DNA of 63,944 nucleotides, the filler included, from Platydemus manokwari (lineage: Eukaryota): assembly GCA_037951405.1 (NCBI GenBank). It is 4 parts of 4 records of this genome, joined end to end, with 100 filler letters (N's around TTAATTAATTAA, not from the genome) between each part and the next. Parts side by side here need not be neighbours in the genome. Positions count along the whole stretch, not along the records: positions 18,349 to 42,809 come from JBBMOY010222227.1; positions 42,910 to 54,977 come from JBBMOY010316669.1; 2 more parts are not named here. One strand, given 5' to 3'. Under the pieces are notes generated by a model. That model was given only the letters and a program-made list of their open reading frames with translations, made no database searches and was not told the origin of the DNA. Shown in pieces: positions 40,301 through 52,105 of the stretch (position 1 is its first letter; each line of letters begins with the position of its first letter). Position numbers and translations under genes: made by a program.

Positions 40301-42159
40301 AATATCAGATGGTCATCTTGGTATTTCGTGATTTGCATCAGTTCTGAATGACCTCATCCAACGTTTCTTGGTTTACTCCAGTCACTCAGTTTCTGATATA
40401 ACCTCGATTATAATGTCTATGGCATTGATTTCGTTAATATTGCGATTGTTGGTAAGATAAACAGCATAATCACATACAAAGGATCCACAGTCAACATTGC
40501 TGTTCTGACATTGTCTTAACTGGTAACTATGAGAATGGCTTAGTACTGAATTAGTCCATTCTTCGTAGTATTTGATAAGATCTATTAATTTGTTCGCTTT
40601 GGTCGAGGCACTGAGTATGAACGCACAGTTGTCTCCCTTTGGATCAGTGATTTCTATCCCGTCATCTTTGTTTCCGATCAGAAGTGCTCAGTGAGTGTTA
40701 TTTACATTAATAGGAGTCAGGAAGATTTTGCTTCTGCTCACTGTTTTTTGGCATAGCATCGAGTCTGAGATATCAAGTTGGTGGTCAACAATCTTTCAGT
40801 AGTATATGATTGGAGATAGAATATATTCATTTGGTATTCAATTTTTTATGTAATTGTCAATTTGGTCACCGGAAAACCAAAAACAATACGGATTGTCTGG
40901 CACTGAGAGGTCATATTCAGAAGTACCGGTTTCAGCCTCAGTGCTATTCTTTCAATCATTTTCGAGGTCAATTAGCAACTGGATTTTATCCGGGAACACA
41001 TTGGCCTTTCTTCCTTTGATTGGACTCGGTGGAGTGCTAACTGGAGTTGAAGTTCTTATCCTTTGATTTGGACTGGAAAAATAGTTCGATGGATTTTCTG
41101 CTTTTCCCTGTATCCGTTGAGAGGTCAATATTTTCAATGCTTTGATCTGGTTGTGTGTCTTTCTCAGTAGCTGGAATATTAAAGTTTTTAGGTATTTTTG
41201 AGGTTGAATTAGTGGAGATTGACTTGTCCCATTGGTCAATATCAACTTCATTATCTGGATATATTGTCTTATCGAGTTTGTTCGTGTTGTCTTCCTTTTT
41301 CCTGAGATTATTTAGTAGGTACAATGTTCTTCATTTTTCGTTGCATTTTCACATGGTTTCTTTTGAGGTTCTGGAACCCATAACTTGAATAATTGACTTG
41401 CGTAATTGCCACGTATTTGGTCTCGGATATTCACAATTATCATTTTTAATTTGAATATTAATTATATCGGTGTTATTGTCCAAATTCATTCATATATATT
41501 TGTTTGAAATATCCTTTTCTTTGCGCTCAATCTGTCTTTTTTCATTATCTTCATTTCTTCCATTTTTTCTGCTTTTCTACCTTTCTTTTGGTGTTTACGT
41601 TTCTTGTATCTGACTTCTTGAAAGCCATCATCATCAATAAGAATGGGTCTAATGTTTTGTTTATCATTTCTTTGATCATATTCATTCGATTTTATATGGA
41701 ATTTCGTTGCGTCAGCATATTGTTTGGGTTTGGAGAATTTACTTGATCGTGACCTAGATTCGTCATATCGGGTTCTTGATTTTGACCTTCTCTGCCTCCA
41801 TGCGTAATCATTTACGATCTTTTCCAGGTCTGCCAATAGTTGATCTCCTATTTTTCGAACATTTCAGAAATTTGCAAAATTTTGATCTTTTTAGCCTCTC
41901 AGATCTCGGATCGCTTTTATATGAGTATTCCTGGGATTAGATGTATAGAACCTGCCAATCTCGTCGGAGAACTCATTTTCTTGTTTTTTTTTCTTTTTTT
42001 TTCGCGGTTGTATCACATGCTCGGAAAAGTTTGGTTTTTCCAGCCAGGTAAGTTTAGATTTTCTACCTGAATAAAAGATAGGTTTTCAGATAATCCCTTA
42101 TCTGAGTGCCTCCTGGAAGTGGAGGCATAATTAAGCCCGTCATCTCGCTGAGGATACTC
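37330..42159 (-). mobile_element. Decayed near full-length NeSL/R5-type non-LTR retrotransposon (Ulp1-like protease, RT, CCHC, restriction-like endonuclease)
   Basis: Minus strand, 5' to 3': basic N-terminal region (DDDGFQEVRYKKRK); protease IFLTPINVNNTH*ALLI and CQNSNVDCGSFVC (~40470-40730); RT LKQGCPISMLLFNI, CLAYTDDLA, GFNFKPSKC, YRYLGV; zinc knuckle CR..C..H..C, FRH, LRVDL, LIDIKCP, KY; AATAAA at 37351-37356. Many frameshifts and stops. The 3' end is approximate. Confidence 0.88.
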
Positions 42160-42809
42160 TTTTTTAAGTCTTTAATAAGTGTCTAACATTAAGTTGAGCA
42201 AATGCAAAAGCATTAGAGTGTTTAATATACAAATATAATATTTATAAATCACAGTTTTTATAATACAAGTCAGACAGTGTCCGACACCATCACCACATAG
42301 TGGCAGGACAAAATAACACAGGATTCTCTTCGTTTCACACACGTTTATTCTCGTCTATCCAAGTTTGCTGGACACCTCATCATCCCCAGAACCCGCATAT
42401 TCGTCGTCCGAGATGTCATTTGATCTGGTTCTTGTCATCGATAGTAATATAGCTTTCCTTTGGTGGAATTGCCATTGCTGATATGCGGATTTGATGTTTG
42501 ACCGTATACAATCGTAGCGTATTTTCTCCGATATTTCTTTTTTGGAGCCAAGCTTGCGTAGAATGATCTCGTTCTCCGATTTCCAAGTGCCAGGAACTCC
42601 AATTATGAAAGTATAGAGCTCAATAGTCCAGCCTGGCCTGACTTTCTTTATTTCTTTCCGGAGATCATCGTACTTTGCCAAATTAACTTCATCTGTATTT
42701 TTATTAATCGTTCCTCGTCCATAGGGCATTTCACATCGACTAAAAAATAGAGCTGGTTCGGTTATTGACTACCTGTAGGTCAACTCGCTGTTTTGATCCT
42801 GTGAATTGA
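42160..42809 (-). mobile_element. 3' end of a second, divergent RLE-type non-LTR element (endonuclease, 3' UTR, short poly(A))
   Basis: QRVDLQVVN..VDVKCP..NLAKY..ELYTFIIGVPGTW aligns with LRVDLQTVN..IDIKCP..NLTKY..ELHTLIVGVLRTW of the downstream element. Stop at 42355, ATTAAA at 42171-42176, A6 at 42160-42165. Truncated by gap. Confidence 0.88.
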
Positions 42810-42909
42810 NNNNNNNNNNNNNNNNNNNNNNNNNNNNNNNNNNNNNNNNNNNNTTAATTAATTAANNNNNNNNNNNNNNNNNNNNNNNNNNNNNNNNNNN
42901 NNNNNNNNN
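42810..42909. other. Assembly gap with artificial linker
   Basis: 44 N + TTAATTAATTAA + 44 N. Confidence 0.98.
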
Positions 42910-43400
42910 CTTAAGAGGAGGCGAGTAACGTGATTAAATAAATAAACACATGGTGTTTGTTTAAATAATTGATTGGCGGTTGATTGGAGTTTTTCAAATA
43001 AATATTATGACGGAATGTGCTTTTAACTTAACTCCAACAAAGTGAGTTTTTCATATGAGAAAACAGGTCATAGTATGAGTAAGCAAGATCTGAGAATAGT
43101 GGATGGGGTATTACCGGAAAACCGATCTCAGCCACATTACTTTGAATTAAACGTGCTATATTCGGCTGAGCGTTATTGTGAAGGAAATAGAACTTTTCAA
43201 AACTGTTTCCACACAACCAGTGCTTCTTTTCTCGAATTACATCTACGAGTTTGTCCAACTGAGTGCAGTAAATTTCTGTGTTTATGGTTTTTCCTTCAGG
43301 AAGGACATCACAAACAGGAGAATTTCTTTCATACACCAAAAAATAGTTGCAAAATACTTTTGTGCTGTCAAACATCGACGAATTTTTAAAATTTACAGAC
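42910..43400 (-). mobile_element. Decayed mariner transposase, catalytic half
   Basis: ORF 43028-43375 contains VLPEGKTINTEIYCTQLDKL, FLHNNAQPN (cf. LHDNARPH) and IPHPLFSDLAYSYYDLF (cf. HPPYSPDLAPSDYHLF). Confidence 0.88.
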
Positions 43401-44544
43401 GATTGATGTTATGTATATATTTCTCAATTCACATATTTTCTTTATTGATTAAATAAATATTATTTTCTGTTGGACAAGACTTTCGTTCAAATCCTATAAA
43501 TCCTATTTTACATATCTATTAAATTTTTAATATAACTTAATTAAAACAAAATTCTTTTTCTCGAAATCAATTAATTGCTCTCCACAAAAATTAATTATAA
43601 CGAATCTATTATCTCCATTTGATATTCCACCTACAATTTTACGTAAATAGAAAAATGAAAACAATTTAGCATATAGGAAATATCAACCAATTCAATTTCC
43701 ACAAAGCATGAAAACACATGAAAGCATTCGTTTGAAACAAAAATGAAAATCAAAGATAAGTTACGAGCATGTAAATTGCCAAAAACAAACACATGAACAG
43801 ATACTCTACTTTCTCAACAAAAATGCCAGTCAGTAATAATTAAAAAAAATATTTTCATATCTCCTATACTCTCTCTCACCTAAGGGGAAAAAGTAAAGAT
43901 TATTAAACAATTTTTATATTAGAATCGTGACGGTGTAGTGGGAGACGTTTATTGGAAATGAAATAGAGAGAAAACAGAGAAATGAAGCTAGAGAATAGAA
44001 ATGGGAAAAAACATTGAAAGCAAATTAATATCAAATCAAAATTGAATTCCAACCTCGGCTCATTATTTATTATCCAATATGCTCGGATAGATGTTTTTGG
44101 ATCGATTTTTTTTTCTCAAATATACATTACGAGTAAGGGAATAAAATTAAACGTCTTGAGAACATAATATTACTCAAATAAACAAAATATATTTGATAAC
44201 AGAAATAAAATGTGATAGAAATCATTGGCATAGTATGTGATATTCTCTATGATAAATAATCTGTTATGTTATTCATGGAAATGTTATTTTTTGCTTGAAA
44301 TTTTAATATTTAGATTCTCTATACTGCATGAAGCAAAAATACTTTTATAAAATTGTTCGAATATTTTTTGATACAATAATTTGAAATAACAGTAGAGTCA
44401 TTTATGCGACCTTTTGAGTATATTTTATTCTAAAATTATCTCAAAAAGTAATCCAACTAAACACGTAGATACCAACTAGAAAACACAAGAAATCAAAACA
44501 TAATCCTGGACAATGCGGGCACATATATCCCATTCTGTTCGGTT

Positions 44545-44668
44545 GATAATAAAGTCGCTAATATTACAGTTGCCGTTATAATATAGTCACCATTATGACA
44601 AACGCTGATTTATTAAAATCGCTATTGTAAAGTCGCTCTATTGACAGTCGCTATCCGGTCCACATCCA
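44545..44668. repeat. Degenerate ~15-bp tandem array (AAAGTCGCT-like core), probable DNA-transposon subterminal repeats
   Basis: About seven units (aaagtcgct, acagttgcc, atagtcacc, acaaacgct, aaaatcgct, aaagtcgct, acagtcgct) ending in tccggtccacatcc. Confidence 0.6.
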
Positions 44669-46119
44669 ATATATACACTGTTTGAGTTATAAAAGACAAA
44701 TAATAGATAATTTTTCATTATAAATAATATCAAACGCCTTATATTAAAGTATTAAAAAGTTATTCAAAAATTAATTAAGAATGTTCCAATTAAATCCATC
44801 AATTGCTCATAATAAATATTTCATAGAATGTTAATCTCAAACCATCCTTTACTAGTTTATGCTTCTAAATTTCGATATCTCAAATAATATAGAACTATAC
44901 CCTCTCAACCTCTTCATTATTCATTTGAAAGTAAAAAAAAAACAGTTTGTGTATACATCTGAGTGTTATAATATCTTATTTCGCCGGAATTTGGAAACTC
45001 TAAAAATATACGTTTTTCATCAAAAGTTGCTGTTTGAATGAATAATATCACTAATTTTCATGATCAAATGCACCAATTCCAATTTATTAACATATCATAT
45101 ACTTTATAAATAAATAACTTGTTATAAATTGTTACAGTTATATTAATTTCGAAAATTTTCACAAATTAACAAATCTAATTATTTGACTTTTCCTGTTCCT
45201 CACATTAAATCTGATCACAATATAATTCACAATAATAAACAAACTCACTGTGAGGATTTTAAAGTGTTTACAAATAATTATCAATCACGGGTGATAATGA
45301 AAATGATTAAAAATATTTTTAAATAATTGGTTTGTTTTGGTTTAATATACTTTTGCGGGTTGAATTTCTTAAGTATAATAATATATAATAAAATAGTAGC
45401 ATAAAGCATGTGATGATGTAAAAACTGAAACCAATAAAAATTATATAAAATAATGTCAAAAGACATTAATTTGTATAAATAATTGTTTTTAGTGTCTTAA
45501 CTTTTCAGTTAGTTTTTAATGCTTGCTTTATAAAATAGTAGCGGCTTACAAAGCACGTTTAAAACTTATTAGAAATTTGGATCATTACAAAGTTTATCGA
45601 CAATAAAATTTGGTGATTTTCATTTATTTTTTACATCTAATCTACTTTATAACTTTATATGACCATCTTTTCATATTAATGGACTGCTTAAAATCTAGAT
45701 GAACTGTTTGCCAATAAAATTTGTAACTTGGCTTTGGAATATATTTTAGGTTAAAGATCCTTTATATTTTTCTCGACATTTGAGATTTAATGATAATTTG
45801 AATTATATATAACTTGTTTCGTTCGGGCCTTATTGATTTATTTGTTTTACCAGGCTTAATTCTATTTGATACCACTACTGTCCTAATCAGTCTCTAAGAG
45901 TTCTTGATTAAGGCCACCGGTGTAATATACCTTATATTATTGTTCTTTCACCTCGCACAGATTTATTATATGATGACAATAGGTGTGTCAGAGCGATATA
46001 TTTTACTAATACTAATTATCAGTCTCAAACTACAAATTTTATTTTAAACGGTTAACTATGTTGACTACCACAATTACAAATAATGACTTATGATTCTTAT
46101 ATGAATGAAAACTAAAATT

Positions 46120-46770
46120 TGTTGTTACACATATTTATTAATAAGACACCAATACACAAGGGCTACTTAAACAATAAAATAAAATAAAATTACAAATAAG
46201 TTTGAAACTACAATATACATCAAATTACACTAACAAGAAAACCCTACAACTTCCAGAATTAAGACGGTTAATAAACTGCACTCTCTTGCAGCAAAACCGG
46301 TTACCATCAAGATCTTTGAGCAACAAACTCTATAATATGAGATACAAGATACAGTATATAATATAGATCAGTAGTTTAAATCCAGGGTCTTACTTCGGTT
46401 CTTCCAGCAAGTGCCGGGCATATACAAGGGGATTGATCTTCAGCACCAGACGATCTTCTTAAGTGCGTTGAATTTGATCGATGGGTCCACTCCAATTGAT
46501 GTAAGGATAATAATGGCAGTGACAGAATTCGTCTAATAATTTGTCGAGAGTTTGTGTCAGTTAAAATAATGGCAGTGTTGATTGAAATCACTGCCTTATA
46601 TAGGCAGCGTGATTCAATCGCAGATATTGTCTGCGATAAAATGTAATGCCAGTGAATTTACTCACTGGTGAGAGAAATTCTCTCTAAATAAATTTATTAG
46701 GCAGAGAAAATATCTCTCGATTAAATTTAATCTAGTTGTATTATTATTCTGCTACAGAATTTCTATGACA
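46120..46770 (-). mobile_element. Probable LTR (~650 bp) with palindrome-rich U3
   Basis: Minus strand starts TGTCATAG and ends ACAACA, with TATATAA at 46596-46602 and AATAAA at 46134-46139 just before the end. No TSD or clear PBS found. Confidence 0.6.
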
Positions 46771-47069
46771 GATGATAATTAATTTTTCGCTCATAACTCA
46801 TTTTTTTTATAAATTGATTTATTATTTTAGCGAATTTCGATGGATTTGGAATTGGTAATTTTATTTGTATTACAATTTTACATACATATATAAATATATA
46901 TATATCGACATTTCAAAGTAATTGTTGCTCAAAAGATCCAAAATATAAAAATACACACTGATTAAATAAAAATTGATACAATAAAAATTATTAGGCATTT
47001 TATGCGTACTGACATGCAGATATTGTACACATATTGTTCAATGTAAATTCATTGTTTTAAGTAACTAGT

Positions 47070-47700
47070 TGGGCCAGAACTCCAACGAATTTACTTCTAC
47101 TTAACTACTCCACATACTCCATTAAGCTCAACAAATCCCTCCTTTGCCGCAGATGTAAAACAGAGCCCCAATTTTCTACCCATGTATTCGTTCACTGCCA
47201 AACTATCCCAGGAAAAATCAGTAAAAGACATGTACTTATCCTAAACATATCATCAGTTTCTCGGCATTGACACTGATGTTGATTCGGCTCCAGTTGAGAT
47301 TGATACTAAGTTTCGATCCGATTTAATTATCCGATACAATAGGAAAAACATACCTTTATAATAGACCTTAAAATTCCATATGACATAGACACAAATTTCA
47401 CCCTGCACCTTACTTTAAACTATGAAAAATACAAATCCCTCTCATTACAGATTGCAACTACCATAAAACATCAAAAAACACTAGGTGCCCTTAATATGGA
47501 AGTTTTCGGATCATGTGACCCACATAATGATAAAATACTTAAGCCAATGATGTTAGAAATTAACCACATAAATTTTCTATCTTCACTCATTATCACCTCA
47601 CTTTTAAGGGATGCCCATGTTACATATAATTCTGACATAAGTCAAGATAGACCTAAATTAACTCGTCCCTTGACACAATAAGGTATTTATCATTTAAAAA
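47070..47700 (+). mobile_element. 3' fragment of a third RLE-type non-LTR retrotransposon
   Basis: Plus-strand translation LLCRRCKTEPQFSTHVFVHCQ..KRH..KFRSDLII..FIIDLKIPYD..EKYKSL..VFGSCD gives a CCHC knuckle plus PD-(D/E)xK endonuclease; frameshifted. Confidence 0.8.
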
Positions 47701-50700
47701 ATGTTCTATTAATTAACTTAACTCATAATTTTTATAATTTTTCACGACATATTCTGCTTTCAATATTTTCCCCGATCAATCTGCTCATCCCAATAACGAA
47801 AACACTTAACTTTCTCACAATGGCTACGTTCAATCAATATTTGCCAAATTTCAGCAATGGAACCCTCATTCTCCTGACCGATCAATTTGTCACCCGAGGT
47901 CTTTACATCTCTGGTATATTCAATTCATTTTTATTCAGTACTAAACAGATGACAATAACTATATGACGTGCCCCCAACACAAACTCGATAGAAGATGCTG
48001 ATAACAGTGTCCACAAATTGTCAATGAAAACGAATTCCTCCAAAATATTCATGACTTAACTTCTCATCTACATCCGAAAAAGCCAAAAATAAATCACTAG
48101 GAAGCTCAAAGATTTGCTGCTTCTCATCACTCGAAGCCCTTTATAATTAAGGACCCATACCAAGAAAATACAACTATAAAAAACGTATTTTATATTTCAA
48201 AGCCGACATGAGGGATTTTCCCACCACGTCGTGAAGAACATTTGTATGTGAAATGAATATTAGTTTTCGTTTTCTATAGGTATTGTATACGGCCCGAAAT
48301 ATAAGACTAAAATACCACATCGCAAAAGCAATAAGGGTGAAATTTTCACAAAGCGAATAATTAATCAAATTAACCTAAAACATTTTTGTATTAGTCATAC
48401 TAGTCAGTGAGCCCTATTTTGGAACTAGACCTCACTAATAGAACGAAAAATATCTTCAAGAATTCAGATAACCACGTGAATTAAAGGAACTTTGCAAAGT
48501 AGTAATATAATCAAAAATTAACCAATAAAAATACAAATAGAAAATACATAAAATAAATTTTAACCATAGGTTAATATAAAACAAAAAGATCATTAATAAT
48601 GCTTTAAATAATTGAAACACAAAAATAAAAAAAAATAGAACCGCTATAATAATTATTATTAAAGTTCAAATATGAAATAATACATAATATTTTTAAAGAT
48701 TAATAATAATATTTGATAATTATACTTGTCAGATAAACATTCAGCATAGTAATAAAGATCGAAAACAGGAAGTTCGATTTTGTAAATAGTTATATATGAA
48801 ATATGGACACACTAACAGAAAGCACATAAATGGGATATCCATTGAAAATCGGTATGTAAATAGTGGAATTAGCTATTTTAAACAGCCATTTAGCAAGGCG
48901 AAATAATTAATGTAAGCCTTATGATTCTAATAATAAAGCATCTTACTTTTTGAGAATTGGCTTACTAATGATTGGTTATACCATTGCTGATCGATCATTA
49001 ATCTAGTTGCTAACATGCAATTAATTTTGATTAGTTTACTGGGTTTCTAGTGTAGTATGAAGACTAATACTAGAAATTTATTTAAGACTGACTAAATATC
49101 TACAATAAAAATCAACGATATGACTTTATTAACCTGCAGACTAAAGATGAGGAATCCATCGAAGCGTATGTGATTTATCTATAATTTATCTATCAGAAGC
49201 TCATGTGAATGATTATCAATTATGCAACCAGAATGTGACTTCGATGCAAGAATCAATAATTAAAATTCTGCTCGATTAACTCACGATAGAAATTATGTTT
49301 CAGTAAATTGAAATCATTTGAGTTAATCGCTTTCAATTATTTTATACACAGCGGATATTAACATGAAAATCAATAAGATTGTTTTATACAAGGGATTTGA
49401 TTATATTAAATAATGTATGGTGTGACCCAAAGGGGTTGCTTTATACACCATGTCAAACAAACTTTATATTAATGATGATGAATGTCGTGGATGCAAAATA
49501 AGTTTTTCCAAGGATATTTTATCAACAATATTATTATACAGAGTCACTGAAATTATCATCTATCAACTACTTACGATATCAATAAACAATTCCTGCAACC
49601 TATGAATGATAAAAATTCACGAATTCATATAATAAAACAATAACTCCAATATGGCCCCGTGGCTTACCTAACATAAAGTTCTTGGGGAAAAAAATATTTA
49701 GTATCCCACATCACGAAAAATCGTTACTGTCTGCTGGACAGGAGATTCCGATTTCTAAGTGGCCTCATTATTCTTTCGCTCCTATTTTCAAAATACGGTG
49801 CGTCTTATCTCTAAGTTCAAATTGCCTTGCCTTAGCTCTTAATTTTAAGATGCTTCTTCTTATTGTCGGTTTGTTATGTGCGAAAATTGTGTACCTAATA
49901 TGTAATAGCTTGTTTATTGATTTATTCTATCGGCATTCTTATTAGTTGCCTTATCTTATTCCTACTGGTTGACATGGCTCTCAATACTATTCACAATCAC
50001 AAGATTTTCATTTTCCTTTGATGTTAGACCTAATCATGCAATATTTTCATATCACATGCTTTTTACTTATCCCAAATTAAGTATTATTTTCACTTAGAAT
50101 TTTAGCCATTTATCTCTAAGAAATTTTATTATTACTTCTCTGTTATCTAAAACCCAAGTTATTTAAATAAGTACTTCTAATTTTAAAAGTTAAAATTAGA
50201 TTGAATGTCATTTATTATTGGTCTCAAGCTCTTAAGTACTAACAATGTTTTTGGTCAAAATAACTATTTTTCGCATTATTTTTTTGCTAATGAAGTTAAA
50301 CCCGTATATCTTAAGGAAGCCAATATTAGAATTTCAAAATGTGTCGCATTCATCTTAATTTGTATCAAACATTTTGTTAATAATTATCAATACACTTCTA
50401 TTCTATTTGATATCTGTTAATTCATTTATATTTTTATCTCATTATTTTTGCCGAATATTATCTAATTTACATTTTAAATTATTAATATATTGTAAAAGCA
50501 ACTTTAAAAACCGAGGTCGTTGGAATTCATTAATAAGTTCATTATATTCTGCAGCGTGTATCCAGATCAATCCAAAAAACCTATGGTAACCATGGAAAAG
50601 ACCTTGAAATTGTCGTTTAACACAAGCAATGTAGTCATACATGACATTAGTTAATCACGTGCTTTCAGATAATCTTTCTATAATCTGATTTTGTTTTTCA

Positions 50701-51781
50701 TTTTATTTATACGAACGATAGGAAGAAAACACAAAAATAGAAAGAAATTTGATAATAGAGTAGTCTTATGACGATTCTAACAAATGTAAAGTATAACAAC
50801 AAAGAAACAAGTCAACACATACAACAAGGTTATAAAAGAAATCGAAAATAGAAGAAAACTTCTCGTCTTTTGTAACTCGTAATTTCTTTCGTTATTTTTT
50901 ATATCTTTTAGTGGTGAATCCATTGTGATTTTAATATTTCTTTCTTTGAGCTTTTGTTACTCTGAGTGATTTCGATTTTGTGATTTTTTTACTCTTGCGT
51001 ATTAACAAATTTCAAAGAACCTGTCGACGTGTCAATTTACAAATAATATTCTTTTGTGTTTCAGTTTGTTATTTAACATGGCAATATTATCGTCATCTAA
51101 ACGTATTCGAGTCTGCAATCGAGTGACTAATTCAGAACGCCTCATGATGTGTTAAGCTGAAATAGACTTGATACTTTTTCAAATATAATAATTATTTGTT
51201 GGATCAACTAGTGAAAATATGCTTTATTTTATATCATATATTAAATCATGACTGTTTGAATACCCAACATCTTATTAATAACAAATAGATTATAAAATCT
51301 AATCATTTATCGGGTAAGCATTAATTCCACACGTTAATAATTAATCTCATATTATATTTGGATAAAAATTTATCATTAATTAAAAAAGTTATAATCAACT
51401 AAGATAAACTTCATTCAAAATTTAAATTTACTCTGTTAATAAATTTTTGACGAAATGCTACCATTAAACAAGAAATAATCATTTAAACATCATGATCTTA
51501 TAATGTCTATAAAATAGTTTCATTTAAGATAATAGAAAAAATATGTCACGTTAAAAATCTGACAGCAAGCAATACAAAATTCATAAGATAAGTTTAGTTC
51601 TCAATTTTTAGATAACTTTTCTTTTAATCTTTTTACAAAATCTATCTAGTCAAATTTTCATATTGGTATTAAATATTTCTTATTATAATTTACTAGTTGC
51701 AGCTTACATTTTTAATTATATCACTAGATGTTTGTTTAAATAATCGTTTATATGAAAATATTTGTATTGTGAATTTAAATT

Positions 51782-52105
51782 ATGGATAATGAATTTTTCT
51801 TTGATTTTGGTAATGATTTGACGAATGAAAATAATGAATCAGATAAAAATATTTTAATATCAAATGATGTTGAAAATAAGAATTTTCTTTCCACTTCAAT
51901 GTCTCGAAATTTTTTTTTCTTAATGGAGGAAGAAGAAATTAAAAATCAATTTCCAGAAACCAATATAATAATTAACAAAGAAACTTGGGATAAAAATCTT
52001 CCAAAATACAGAGAAGAGATTAAGAAATATGTCAAGAACAGTGAATATTCCAAGAAATTAAAAAATAAAAATGCTAACAGCGGTTTAAAAAATCTGAAAT
52101 TGTAA
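51782..52105 (+). CDS. Hypothetical 107-aa protein (unassigned)
   Basis: ATG-initiated open frame in extremely AT-rich surroundings, hydrophilic composition, AATAAA overlapping the stop. No recognised domain. Confidence 0.3.
   Translation: MDNEFFFDFGNDLTNENNESDKNILISNDVENKNFLSTSMSRNFFFLMEEEEIKNQFPETNIIINKETWDKNLPKYREEIKKYVKNSEYSKKLKNKNANSGLKNLKL

Noticed and set aside
38814-42070. Cluster of plus-strand ORFs that looks like an operon of small membrane proteins
   Set aside because: Antisense shadows of the minus-strand non-LTR ORF; Phe/Leu/Ile richness follows from strand composition.
44545-44668. Repeat-spacer appearance suggesting CRISPR
   Set aside because: Units are about 15 bp and degenerate, with no unique 25-45 bp spacers and no cas genes, in a eukaryotic context.
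49690-49950. Minus-strand LRAKARQFELRD resembling the N-terminus of Ginger/GIN-type integrases
   Set aside because: No downstream HHCC or DDE core is visible; too short to call.
52005-52025. TACAGAGAAGA resembling the U6 snRNA ACAGAGA box
   Set aside because: Flanks do not match U6 and the motif sits inside an A-rich ORF.
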